Shown here in pieces: positions 39,372 through 48,599 of a DNA stretch of 64,000 bases. How positions within the stretch are numbered: the first letter of the stretch is position 1; every line of letters starts with the position of its first letter. The notes below the pieces were generated by a model. That model was not told where the DNA came from. It saw only the letters and a program-made list of their open reading frames with translations, and searched no databases. A program made the position numbers and the translations under genes. Origin of the DNA: Nitrospinales bacterium (lineage in GTDB: Bacteria > Nitrospinota > Nitrospinia > Nitrospinales > VA-1); contig CBDCWG010000007.1 in the NCBI GenBank assembly GCA_965223345.1, positions 192,001-256,000 on the forward strand. Reading direction: 5' to 3'.

Positions 39372-40448
39372 ATGAACGCAGCTGCGCAAAAATTTCTCAT
39401 CATCCGCACCAGTTCCCTGGGAGACGTGGTGCACGCGCTGCCGGCGCTGCGCACGCTGCGCGCCAACCACCCCAAAGCCCACATCGCCTGGCTGATCGAA
39501 GAGCGCTACCGCGACCTGCTCAAAGACAATCCGGATCTGGATGCGGTCATCGCGGTGCGCACCAAAGCCTGGCGCAAGAAATTCAACCTCAAGACACTGC
39601 GGGAGATCCGCGCGGCGCTGCGGGAGATCCGCGGCGCACAGTTCGACGTGGTGTTCGACCTGCAGGGACTGATCAAAAGCGGGGTGATTTCTTGGCTCTC
39701 GGGGGCGAAGCGGCGCATCGGCTTTCACAAAAGCGACTGCAAGGAAGCCGCCAATACCTGGTTCAACAACGAACAGGCGGCCGCGATTTCCAAAGAAACC
39801 CATGTGGTCGAGCGCTACCAACAGCTGATCCTCATGGCGGGCGGTGACAAACCGGATGCGGCGCTGCCGGTGTTTGCGGTGCCGCCTGAAGACCAAAAAC
39901 GAATCGAGGCGTTTTACGAGGCGAATACGGAGTTTTCCCGGCGTCCCATTGCGGCGATCAATCCGGGAGCGGGGTTTCCTTCCAAACTGTGGCAACCGGA
40001 ACGCTTCGCGGTACTGGCGGACCGCATGGTGAACGAGCTGGGGGTTTCCATCCTGTTCACATGGGGCCCCGGAGAAAAAGACAAGGTCGAGCGCATCGCG
40101 GAAAAGATGCAGGCGCCGTGCAGGCTGGCCCCGGAAACCTCGATCCTCGAATCGATCGCCCTGTACCGGCAGCTTTCGCTGATGGTGAGCTGCGATTCGG
40201 GCCCGCTGCACCTGTGCGCGGCGCTCGGCATTCCGACAGTGGCGCTCTTCGGGCCGACGGACCCTGCGCGCAACGGGCCGTATGGCAACCCGCACGCCAC
40301 TGTGGTGAAGCGCCTGTCCTGCAGTTTCTGCTGGAAGAAGACCTGCCCTCTGGAAACGCATGAGTGCATGGAGTCGATTTCCGTGGATGATGTGTTTCAG
40401 GCGGTGGAACGCATCACGACCCAATGCAACAAACCCATTCCCTCCTAG
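39372..40448 (+). CDS. waaC: LPS heptosyltransferase I (GT9)
   Basis: IRTSSLGDVVH, DLQGLIKSG, HVVER, DSGPLHL, LFGPT. Confidence 0.85.
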   Translation: MNAAAQKFLIIRTSSLGDVVHALPALRTLRANHPKAHIAWLIEERYRDLLKDNPDLDAVIAVRTKAWRKKFNLKTLREIRAALREIRGAQFDVVFDLQGLIKSGVISWLSGAKRRIGFHKSDCKEAANTWFNNEQAAAISKETHVVERYQQLILMAGGDKPDAALPVFAVPPEDQKRIEAFYEANTEFSRRPIAAINPGAGFPSKLWQPERFAVLADRMVNELGVSILFTWGPGEKDKVERIAEKMQAPCRLAPETSILESIALYRQLSLMVSCDSGPLHLCAALGIPTVALFGPTDPARNGPYGNPHATVVKRLSCSFCWKKTCPLETHECMESISVDDVFQAVERITTQCNKPIPS

Positions 40449-40478
40449 CGAGGCTTTTTGTGTCAAAGAGGTGAACCG

Positions 40479-40649
40479 ATGTCCATCGACAAGGAACTTT
40501 TGGAAATTCTCGTGTGCCCCAAATGCAAGGGCGATCTGGAACTACCGCCGGAGGAGGACGGGCTCCTCTGCAAGGCCTGCAAGCTCAAATACCCGATCAA
40601 GGACGACATCCCCATCATGCTGATCGACGAAGCGCTGCCGCTGGAATGA
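40479..40649 (+). CDS. Trm112/YcaR family protein
   Basis: LLEILVCPKCKGDL...YPIKDDIPIML. Confidence 0.92.
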   Translation: MSIDKELLEILVCPKCKGDLELPPEEDGLLCKACKLKYPIKDDIPIMLIDEALPLE

Positions 40650-40668
40650 ACCTCCTGCTCCCCGAACC

Positions 40669-41781
40669 ATGAGCGAGCCATTGCGACGAATCGAAAGGGG
40701 GATCAAGCAGGGGGTGTGGAGACTGCTGGCCCTGCTGTTTTCCGCCTCGGAGCGACAACCGCAGACGCCTCCCGATCGCGAATCGGTGCGGTCGGTGCTC
40801 GTCGTGCGCCCGGACCGGCTGGGGGATGTGATCCTGTCCACGCCGGTGTACGAGTCGCTCAAGAGCGCGTACCCCTCCGCCACGCTGACGGTGCTGGTGG
40901 ACCGCGCCTACGAGGGCGTGCTCGCCGACAACCCGTTCATCGACCGGGTGTTCGCCTTCGACCGCCGCCGGCCTCTCGCCATCGCTGCGAAACTGTGGAC
41001 GACCCCGTTCGATCTGGCGTTCACGCTCAATAAAATGTTCAGCGCCACCGCCTCGCTGCTCACGCTGTGCTCGCGCGCGACACTGCGGGTGGGCTACGAT
41101 TTTCCGCAGAACGCCTGGGTGCACCACCTGCGCGTCCCGCCCACCCGGAAAATCCAGCATGAGATCGAGAACAACCTCGATCTGCTGCGCGAGCTGGGTC
41201 TGAGCCGCATCGCGCAAACGCCGCGGCTGTTTTTCAACCGCGACGAAGCGCTGAAGATCGAGGAGCTGTTCCAGAACAACCGGCGCTTTCCCGAGCGGCC
41301 GCTGGTGCTCATCAAGCCGGGAACCCGGATCGAGCAATGGGGCTGGCATCCGGACAAGTTCGCCGTACTGGCGGACACGCTGTTGCAGACGGAAAAGGCG
41401 GAGGTGTTTTTTATCACGGGTCCGGGTGAGGAACCCATGATAAACTCGATGCTGAAGCGCATGAAGACATCGCCATTTTGCCTGCCGCCGCTTGCGATCA
41501 AGGAGCTGGCCCTGGCCATTCAGCAGAGCGACCTGCTGGTGTGCAACCACACGGGCATCATGCACCTGGCTTCGGCGGTGAAGACGCCGGTGCTGGCGAT
41601 CTTCAAGCACGGCGAGGTCGCCCGATGGGGTCCCACGAACACGCCGCATGTGATTCTGGAAGAAAGAAGCGGCTCCACTCTGGATCCGGACACGGTGCGG
41701 GAAGGCATCGTCAAGCTGCTGCGGGATACCACCCCCAGGACCGAACAGCACCCGGAAAGCGCGGGCACGGAACATCCCTGA
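40669..41781 (+). CDS. Glycosyltransferase family 9 (heptosyltransferase-like)
   Basis: RPDRLGDVILSTP, TGIMHLASA, WGP. Confidence 0.88.
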   Translation: MSEPLRRIERGIKQGVWRLLALLFSASERQPQTPPDRESVRSVLVVRPDRLGDVILSTPVYESLKSAYPSATLTVLVDRAYEGVLADNPFIDRVFAFDRRRPLAIAAKLWTTPFDLAFTLNKMFSATASLLTLCSRATLRVGYDFPQNAWVHHLRVPPTRKIQHEIENNLDLLRELGLSRIAQTPRLFFNRDEALKIEELFQNNRRFPERPLVLIKPGTRIEQWGWHPDKFAVLADTLLQTEKAEVFFITGPGEEPMINSMLKRMKTSPFCLPPLAIKELALAIQQSDLLVCNHTGIMHLASAVKTPVLAIFKHGEVARWGPTNTPHVILEERSGSTLDPDTVREGIVKLLRDTTPRTEQHPESAGTEHP

Positions 41782-41841
41782 ACACGGCCCGGGCGCCGGC
41801 CACCCCCGAATTCGATCACCCTCTATAAGGAATCGTCTCTG

Positions 41842-43356
41842 ATGAATGAAAACACCCGTCACGCCGCTCAAACCCAACCGCATCAGGTCGGCGCCCCCGG
41901 TCTGATCTTTCAGGAACCGCTGCTGTTCGAGATGGGCTCGCCCGGCCGCAAAGCCTATTCGCTGCCGGCGTGCGACGTGCCGGAAGTGGAGATCGAAACG
42001 CTGTTGCCGCCCGATGAAATCCGCGGACCGCTGGAAGATCTCCCCGAGCTTTCGGAGCTGGAAGTGGTGCGGCATTTCACCCGGCTTTCGCAGTGGAATT
42101 TCAGCATCGACACGAATTTCTACCCTCTGGGTTCGTGCACGATGAAATACAATCCGAAAATAAACGACGCGCTGGCGCAGTTGCCGGGTTTTTCCCAGCA
42201 CCATCCGCTGACCCCCGAGCGGCTTTCGCAGGGCAGCCTGCAACTGATGTACGAGTTGCAGGAATGCCTGCAGGAAATCAGCGGCATGGACCACGTCTGC
42301 CTGCAGCCCGCCGCCGGCGCGCAGGGGGAATTCGCCGGGCTATTAATGATCCACGCCTACCACACGGCGAACGGCAACCCGCGCAAGAAGGTGCTGCTTC
42401 CCGACTCGGCGCACGGCACCAACCCGGCGAGCGCGGCGCTGTGCGGCTACTCGGCGATGCAGATCCCCTCGGGCAAGAACGGGCTGATCGATCTGGATCA
42501 ACTGTCGAAGCTGATGGACGAGGACACGGCGGCGATCATGCTGACCAACCCGAACACGCTGGGCATGTTCGAGAAGGACATCCTCAAGATCACCGACATC
42601 GTGCACAAAAAAGGCGGGCTGGTGTACTGCGACGGGGCGAACCTCAACGCGGTGATGGGGAAAACCAAGATGGGCCAGATGGGGATCGACGTGCTGCACT
42701 TCAACCTGCACAAGACCTTTTCCACACCGCACGGCGGCGGCGGGCCCGGCGCGGGGCCGGTGGGCATCCACGACAAGCTGGAACCGTTCCTGCCGGCGCC
42801 GGTGGTCGAAAAAGACGGCGCGCGCTACAGGCTCAACCACGACCGGCCGCAGAGCATCGGCCGCCTGAAAGCGTTCTACGGCAACTTCGGCATCCTGCTG
42901 CGCGCCTATGCGTACATCCGCAGCCTGGGAGCGGAAGGGGTGCGCGAGGCGAGCCAGTCGGCGGTGCTCAATTCCAACTACATCAAGGCGCAGTTGAAAG
43001 ACCTCTACCACCTGCCCTATCCCGGCCCCAGCCTGCACGAGTGCGTGTTCAACGACAAGAACCAGGCGCCGAAGGTGACGACGATGGACATCGCCAAGGC
43101 GCTCATCGACTACGGGTTCCACCCGCCGACCGTGTACTTCCCGCTGATCGTCAAGGCGGCGCTGATGGTGGAGCCGACCGAGACCGAATCGAAGGAAACC
43201 CTCGACCGCTTCATCGCGGCGATGCGCGACATCGCCCGCCGCGCCACCGAAGATCCCGACGGCCTGCACGCCACGCCGAAACTGCCGAAAGTCTCCCGCC
43301 CCGACGAAGCCAAAGCGGCACGCCACCCGACACTGCGGTGGAGGAAGAAGGGTTGA
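41842..43356 (+). CDS. gcvPB: Glycine dehydrogenase subunit 2
   Basis: YPLGSCTMKYNP, SAHGTNPAS, HFNLHKTFSTPHGGGGPG, EPTETES. Confidence 0.96.
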   Translation: MNENTRHAAQTQPHQVGAPGLIFQEPLLFEMGSPGRKAYSLPACDVPEVEIETLLPPDEIRGPLEDLPELSELEVVRHFTRLSQWNFSIDTNFYPLGSCTMKYNPKINDALAQLPGFSQHHPLTPERLSQGSLQLMYELQECLQEISGMDHVCLQPAAGAQGEFAGLLMIHAYHTANGNPRKKVLLPDSAHGTNPASAALCGYSAMQIPSGKNGLIDLDQLSKLMDEDTAAIMLTNPNTLGMFEKDILKITDIVHKKGGLVYCDGANLNAVMGKTKMGQMGIDVLHFNLHKTFSTPHGGGGPGAGPVGIHDKLEPFLPAPVVEKDGARYRLNHDRPQSIGRLKAFYGNFGILLRAYAYIRSLGAEGVREASQSAVLNSNYIKAQLKDLYHLPYPGPSLHECVFNDKNQAPKVTTMDIAKALIDYGFHPPTVYFPLIVKAALMVEPTETESKETLDRFIAAMRDIARRATEDPDGLHATPKLPKVSRPDEAKAARHPTLRWRKKG

Positions 43357-43374
43357 GTAATCAGGAAGCCAATA

Positions 43375-43398
43375 GTCCGCTCACGACCCAAAGCGGAC
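43375..43398. repeat. GTCCGCT-N10-AGCGGAC hairpin at the left edge of the AT-rich island
   Basis: Direct reading; its AAAGCGGACAT (43390-43400) recurs inverted at 46036-46046. Confidence 0.75.
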
Positions 43399-43503
43399 AT
43401 TCACAAGAAGAGTTAAAAAAGGATTTAATAAGGACTTCGAGAATTGACGGCCTCCTTTATCGTCCGCGACTCAAGGGCGTGGTTTGTCCAACCAACTTGA
43501 ACT

Positions 43504-43866
43504 GTGTTAATTAAACCAGCTGCACTAGTTCTCCTCTTATTGATTTTAGGTTCCTGCACGGGTCATTATAATGCTGACGATTTCGATCTTGTGAAACTGA
43601 GCAACGCAGTTCCACAACTATTTGAATCTCAGACAAACGGAGGCCGTATAGAAAAGAAATGGTGGCCATCGGAAATTGCAGAACTGAATCCGGAATCCGT
43701 AAGAAAGAATGCACAAGGCATTTATATTGAGCTGAATTCCTTCTTTGTCGAACAAAGTGGTCTTTTTATACCAACACCAGGAACTAAAGTTGAGAGAGGT
43801 AAACATCAAGAACCTTTTTATAAATTACTGGGTAATGGTATCTATAGTTATCATATTACAGGGTAA
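43504..43866 (+). CDS. Hypothetical lipoprotein
   Basis: Lipobox LILGSC; AT-rich; GTG start uncertain. Confidence 0.7.
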   Translation: MLIKPAALVLLLLILGSCTGHYNADDFDLVKLSNAVPQLFESQTNGGRIEKKWWPSEIAELNPESVRKNAQGIYIELNSFFVEQSGLFIPTPGTKVERGKHQEPFYKLLGNGIYSYHITG

Positions 43867-43957
43867 CCAATACAAGCGATCGATTTCAGTATATCGGGCG
43901 TAGACTGCAGGGACGCTACGCGCCTCTCGGCCGTTCACACGAAACGGTACCTGATCT

Positions 43958-44314
43958 ATGGCTATGGATGAGAGAGCTAATAAAAACGAGTCAACCTACC
44001 TCAAGTGGCTCGCGGTTATTTCTCTATTGAGTAGTGTGGCAGGTTGGATTGTGCAAGGGGTTATTTCTGAAGGTTTCGTGTATTGGGCCCTCCCATTGAT
44101 TTGGATTGGCACGGCAATATTTACGATGAATGGTGACACTATAGTTGAGTCTATTGTGCTTCTTGTCATACTCGGCGTTTTGTGCCTTGTTTTTGGTAAT
44201 TCCGATGCAGTCGTTAGTAAAGTTGGTGTTGGAACAATCCCTGGGGTGTACCTTGCTTTGGCGCTGTCCAAGATCACATTTGCCTTGGCAAAAGAAGGGG
44301 ACTTGGGTAATTGA
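43958..44314 (+). CDS. Hypothetical four-TM membrane protein
   Basis: Hydrophobic 118-aa ORF in the AT-rich array. Confidence 0.7.
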   Translation: MAMDERANKNESTYLKWLAVISLLSSVAGWIVQGVISEGFVYWALPLIWIGTAIFTMNGDTIVESIVLLVILGVLCLVFGNSDAVVSKVGVGTIPGVYLALALSKITFALAKEGDLGN

Positions 44315-44381
44315 GGATTCAGATAAATACTGATGCCGAGACATGAGATCTCGCTTATCTGGATAATAGATTGGGAAGGCA

Positions 44382-44780
44382 ATGAAAAGGAATCGTTTTA
44401 AACACCACGCGGACATCCTGTGAAGAATATTTTGTGGGTGGCAGCTGCACCCCGATGTTAATGTGCTCGCAAAGTTGGGCAATGGCGAATTATCTATAAA
44501 TATCCTAAAAGGTGAATGTGCATTTAATGGCATGTCTATAAAGCAGTTATCCATAGCCAGAGTATTGAATGAGCGGCTAAGAGATGACTTATCTCAAAAC
44601 CATATATCAGAAAGCGAGCTGGATAAAGCTGAACTGAGAGTCTCAGTAGAAATTGAACTGCCTGAATATGGCAGTGGATTTACTAATTTTATATTCGATT
44701 GCTGTAGCAATATCGTGTCGAGGGGTGACTTATACACACGTAGTTTTACAGACAAACAAAGTTTTGAATGTAAATACTGA
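44382..44780 (+). pseudogene. Hypothetical gene interrupted by an in-frame TGA at codon 14
   Basis: GGAAGG-ATG 44382 gives MKRNRFKHHADIL*RIFCGWQ..., in frame with the track ORF 44463-44780. Confidence 0.6.
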
Positions 44781-44789
44781 TAAGGTCGA

Positions 44790-45230
44790 ATGAGAATCCT
44801 TGAAGATGCCAGAAATCGTCCGGACTTGTTCGTGTGGTATGGCACAGCCCCCAATCTTGACCTCCAGTTGTGGCAACAGCTCCGAGGCCTTAAACTCCCG
44901 CGCGATCTACTCCTGTTGTGGGAGCGAACTGGCGGCGGTGACATCTTCGAGACCGAGACGCTAGTCGGGCCTGTGCCGGATCCGAAATGGGCCAATAGCT
45001 TTGACGAAGTCAACGAATGGCACAGACAATCGGGGCTGCCCCGCGGTTTCGTGATTTTCCACATCGGCCTCTGCTTATCAGCGATCCGGCTATCAGACGG
45101 AAAGTACACGATTCTTGAAGAGAACAGCTATCGATTGCTACGAGAGCATGAGACCTTTGATGAGTGGTACGAACACGAGTTACGCGATGAATATTCGGAT
45201 GCATACGGTCTATCCGATGGAACCATATAG
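44790..45230 (+). CDS. SMI1/KNR4 (SUKH)-like immunity protein
   Basis: LKLPRDLLLLWERTGGG, terminal FDEW pattern. Confidence 0.6.
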   Translation: MRILEDARNRPDLFVWYGTAPNLDLQLWQQLRGLKLPRDLLLLWERTGGGDIFETETLVGPVPDPKWANSFDEVNEWHRQSGLPRGFVIFHIGLCLSAIRLSDGKYTILEENSYRLLREHETFDEWYEHELRDEYSDAYGLSDGTI

Positions 45231-45232
45231 AC

Positions 45233-45273
45233 TGATAACAGGATGTAAGGTCTCGCTTATCTAACTGTTATGT
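45233..45273 (+). repeat. Minimal attC-like hairpin
   Basis: TGATAAC-AGGATG-TAAG...GCTTA-TCTAACT-GTTATGT; ATAACAG pairs with CTGTTAT and TAAG with CTTA. Confidence 0.45.
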
Positions 45274-45290
45274 TTAAAAGAGAATGAATT

Positions 45291-45638
45291 ATGTATGAGT
45301 ATCACGGTTGGCTTTCCACATATAGCCAAGCAAATGCAATTGAGATCGAAAAAAGACTCGTTGAAATAAATGACCCCTATCCAGTCTTTGCGAAATATGT
45401 TAACGGTCAATTGCACATATCATTCAGCGGCAATCCAAATAGAGAGGGTGATTATATAAAATCGATCACGGAGTATTTGTTGGGGTTGAAATTGGATTTT
45501 TACGGGATTATATATTTAAAGGATACAAATAAAGATCGAATCGATAGGTTTAACGTGGTCAAAGTACTGAATGATAAAACATACATCTTTGAAGATAAGA
45601 ACTTTAGTATTGATGAAACAAAGCAACTATTCAAATAA
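45291..45638 (+). CDS. Imm7-like immunity protein
   Basis: MYEYHGW N-terminus, NGQLHISFSGNPNR, YGIIY..D pattern recalled for Imm7. Confidence 0.65.
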   Translation: MYEYHGWLSTYSQANAIEIEKRLVEINDPYPVFAKYVNGQLHISFSGNPNREGDYIKSITEYLLGLKLDFYGIIYLKDTNKDRIDRFNVVKVLNDKTYIFEDKNFSIDETKQLFK

Positions 45639-45659
45639 ACACAAAACCATATTTTTTTC

Positions 45660-45989
45660 ATGAACTCAGAAGAGATCAATAGACTCCGTCGATCACTGGA
45701 TTCAGCCAAGGATTACCTCGATGCGCGGGGCGAGGCATCGTGGACGGATAGAATGACTTCGGCTCTCAACATGATCGACCGAAATGACCTCTCATTCGTT
45801 GACGATCTCTACTCAAGGGTCGCTCCCACTTGCGAAATTGAAAGCCTGTTTATCACGGAACCGAAGGGACAACAATCTCCTATGACCGAAGACCAAGTAA
45901 ACATCGTTAATAATGAACTGGCTGATATCATCAACGAGTTGACAGCAGCACTTGAACCATTTTGGGAAAAAAATAACAAAACAAATTGA
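45660..45989 (+). CDS. Hypothetical acidic protein
   Basis: 109-aa ORF co-oriented in the array. Confidence 0.65.
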   Translation: MNSEEINRLRRSLDSAKDYLDARGEASWTDRMTSALNMIDRNDLSFVDDLYSRVAPTCEIESLFITEPKGQQSPMTEDQVNIVNNELADIINELTAALEPFWEKNNKTN

Positions 45990-46144
45990 AGATATTGTAG
46001 CGTGGCCGCATCAAATCCCCATTTGCATCGTTCGGATGTCCGCTTTTTCGAATTCCTTAATATCTGAATATCCGCTTTTGGCTGAAAGCCACCAAGACAT
46101 CAGCGAAAAATCTCCTTCCTGTAAATAATAGAAACACAAAACTC

Positions 46145-46189
46145 TTCACCTCTTCGGCAACGTCCTGGCGAATTTGAGGGCGCGTTCGA
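46145..46189. repeat. 45-bp copy of the tfoX-family gene 3' end (direct repeat of 50216-50260)
   Basis: Manual alignment gives 42/45 identical. Confidence 0.9.
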
Positions 46190-46252
46190 GCACAAATAAA
46201 CGACGGACTTCTTGTTCACCTGATCAGATGTAATGTGTGAGGTGGGTTGATC

Positions 46253-46708
46253 ATGTCTCAAAAGAAATATTCCTTACTTCTCATCATTATTTTCTTTCTT
46301 TGTGGTGGGATTCTGGGATTGGGCGGTTTCACTTTTATATATGGGCAGGGTTTTTCTTATCTGGTCGATGATCCCAAAGCCTGTGCAAACTGCCATATCA
46401 TGCAGTCGGTTTATGATCGATGGAGCCACGGCAGTCATAAAGCGGTTGCGACCTGCAATGACTGCCACACGCCGGCCTTTTTCAGCGGCAAGTACATTGT
46501 GAAAGCCATCAACGGATGGAACCACAGTGTGGCCTTCACAACAGGAAATTTCTCGGAGCCTCTGCAAATCACGGGGTTCAATGAGAAGGTCACACAGATG
46601 CAATGCCTTAAATGCCATGCTGCATTGATGTCCTCGGTCATGCCGTACCACGGAAATGAAGAAATGAATTGCATGACCTGTCATTCAGGCGTTGGACACG
46701 CAAGATGA
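46253..46708 (+). CDS. nrfH: Tetraheme quinol dehydrogenase NrfH
   Basis: N-terminal TM; CANCHIM, CNDCH, CLKCH, CMTCH...VGH. Confidence 0.92.
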   Translation: MSQKKYSLLLIIIFFLCGGILGLGGFTFIYGQGFSYLVDDPKACANCHIMQSVYDRWSHGSHKAVATCNDCHTPAFFSGKYIVKAINGWNHSVAFTTGNFSEPLQITGFNEKVTQMQCLKCHAALMSSVMPYHGNEEMNCMTCHSGVGHAR

Positions 46709-46724
46709 TTTTTAAGGAGAGAGT

Positions 46725-48029
46725 ATGAAGAATGTTTTAGGGGAAATCACATTCGGATATCTGGTTGGCCTTGGCGCGGCCTTTGTCCTGGGCATCGGAC
46801 TCATGTGGGGAATCGGCACGCTGCTTGTCAACATTCAGGATCGCAAAGCGGAAGCAAAATATCCCTTTCAAAAAGTGATCGAAATTGAAAAAAACGAATT
46901 GGATCCGGCGGTGTGGGGTAAAAACTTTCCGCACCAATACGACACGTTCATCAAAACAAAAAATTCTTCGACGGTCACTCCTTTTGGAGGTTCCTCCCCC
47001 TACAGCAAACTGGAGAAAAACCCAAAACTGATTCGTCTTTGGGCGGGTTATGCTTTCAGCAAAGACCACAATGAAGATCGGGGCCATCACTATGCCTTGA
47101 CGGATCAGATAAAAACCCAAAGGGTGAAGCTAGTCAGCCAACCCGGCGCCTGCGCCAACTGTCACGCAGCGGAAGCGCCGCAACTCATAGAATCGATGGG
47201 ATGGGAGGCTTTCAATGCCACGCCCTTCAACGAGCTTAAAGGAAAACTTCATCGCGGCATCTCCTGCGCGGATTGCCACGATCCAAGCACCATGGCCTTG
47301 CGCATTTCCCGGCCGGCTTTCAAACTGGCCATGAAAAAAAGAGGCATCGATCTATCCAAGGCCAGCCGGCAGGACATGCGCAGCTATGTCTGCGGTCAAT
47401 GTCACGTGGAATATTATTTCGCCGGGAAAGACAAGCTCTTGACGTTTCCCTGGGACCAGGGGCTCAGCGTTGAAAACATCGAGGCCTACTACGACGCGAT
47501 CAATTTTAAAGACTGGGAACACAAGGAAACCAAAACACCCATGATCAAAATCCAGCACCCGGAGTTTGAGCTGTGGAGTTCGGGCCTGCATGCGAAATCA
47601 GGTGTGACCTGCTCGGATTGTCACATGCCCTATATCCGGAAAGGAGCGATCAAAATCTCGGACCATTGGCTGAGAAGCCCGCTCACGAATCTCAATAAAG
47701 CCTGTCAAACCTGCCACAAAGCGGACGAAGAGCATTTGCGGGACCGGGTCCTCCGCATTCAGGAACGCACTGCCGAATTGCTGGAGGTGGCGGAGGATGC
47801 CTTGCTGGATGCGATGGATGCCATCATCGCAGCTCAAAATAAAGGCGTCTCCGCGGAACAACTGGAGGAAGCCAGAAAACTGCACCGGAGAAGTGAAATA
47901 CGCTGGGATTTTATTTCTTCAGAGAACAGCACGGGTTTTCACAGCCCGCAGGAATCGGCCCGGGTTTTGGCAAACGCGGTGAATTATGCGCGGCAGGCTC
48001 AAATCGCAGCCCTGAAAGCAAGTAACTGA
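46725..48029 (+). CDS. nrfA: Pentaheme cytochrome c nitrite reductase (CxxCH variant at heme 1)
   Basis: WAGYAF...EDRGH, CANCH, CADCH, CGQCHVEYY, KIQHPEFE, CSDCHMP, CQTCH, ENSTGFH. Confidence 0.93.
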   Translation: MKNVLGEITFGYLVGLGAAFVLGIGLMWGIGTLLVNIQDRKAEAKYPFQKVIEIEKNELDPAVWGKNFPHQYDTFIKTKNSSTVTPFGGSSPYSKLEKNPKLIRLWAGYAFSKDHNEDRGHHYALTDQIKTQRVKLVSQPGACANCHAAEAPQLIESMGWEAFNATPFNELKGKLHRGISCADCHDPSTMALRISRPAFKLAMKKRGIDLSKASRQDMRSYVCGQCHVEYYFAGKDKLLTFPWDQGLSVENIEAYYDAINFKDWEHKETKTPMIKIQHPEFELWSSGLHAKSGVTCSDCHMPYIRKGAIKISDHWLRSPLTNLNKACQTCHKADEEHLRDRVLRIQERTAELLEVAEDALLDAMDAIIAAQNKGVSAEQLEEARKLHRRSEIRWDFISSENSTGFHSPQESARVLANAVNYARQAQIAALKASN

Positions 48030-48073
48030 AGACATTCGATCAAAACCCGTATCCGCTTTGCGCCGAAAACCAG

Positions 48074-48589
48074 CTAGGAATGGGGTTGCCGGTCTTCGCG
48101 GGAACGGGGTGCGCCGTTCATTTTGTTGACGGAGCGCAGGCCCTCGGTCGCCGCTTTCATGAGCTGCACGATCATGGAGGGTTTGAGATGATCCAGCGGG
48201 TTGTGCAGAAAATTCTGCACTTCGGTGCGCATCTGGGTGATTTCCGATTCGATGATCGAAACCTCTTTTTCCAGATCGTCAACCGCCATATCGCGGACGC
48301 TGCGTATTTCCTCGATCGAGGTTTCGTCTTCGGATTTTTGGGCATACCACATCATTCCGCCGGCGATGGCAAAATCTGCCGCGGCCACCGCGAACGCCGC
48401 GCCCGAAGAGCCCCAGAGCGGTTCCAGCAAAAAATAGAACGCCCCGTTCATCATGGCCAGCCCGAACACGGCGATCAGGCCCGCAAGGCTCATCAGGCCG
48501 GTCTTGCGGCTCATTTGCCGGAGTTGAGCCTGGGCCAGGAGTTTTTCGGAACGTCCCACCAGGCGCGCCAGGCTGAAAAGCCGTTTCAT
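48074..48589 (-). CDS. Holin-like/YqjE-type two-TM protein
   Basis: Two TMs plus a coiled tail; follows a DUF883-like gene. Confidence 0.6.
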   Translation of the reverse strand: MKRLFSLARLVGRSEKLLAQAQLRQMSRKTGLMSLAGLIAVFGLAMMNGAFYFLLEPLWGSSGAAFAVAAADFAIAGGMMWYAQKSEDETSIEEIRSVRDMAVDDLEKEVSIIESEITQMRTEVQNFLHNPLDHLKPSMIVQLMKAATEGLRSVNKMNGAPRSREDRQPHS

Positions 48590-48599
48590 GGCATGTCTC

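Noticed and set aside
43357..46100. CRISPR array, prophage or complete integron
   Set aside because: No regularly spaced repeats, phage genes or integrase; the attC-like sites are degenerate
48074..48589. Phage holin indicating a prophage
   Set aside because: No endolysin or phage genes; the DUF883 context fits a YqjDE-like stress module
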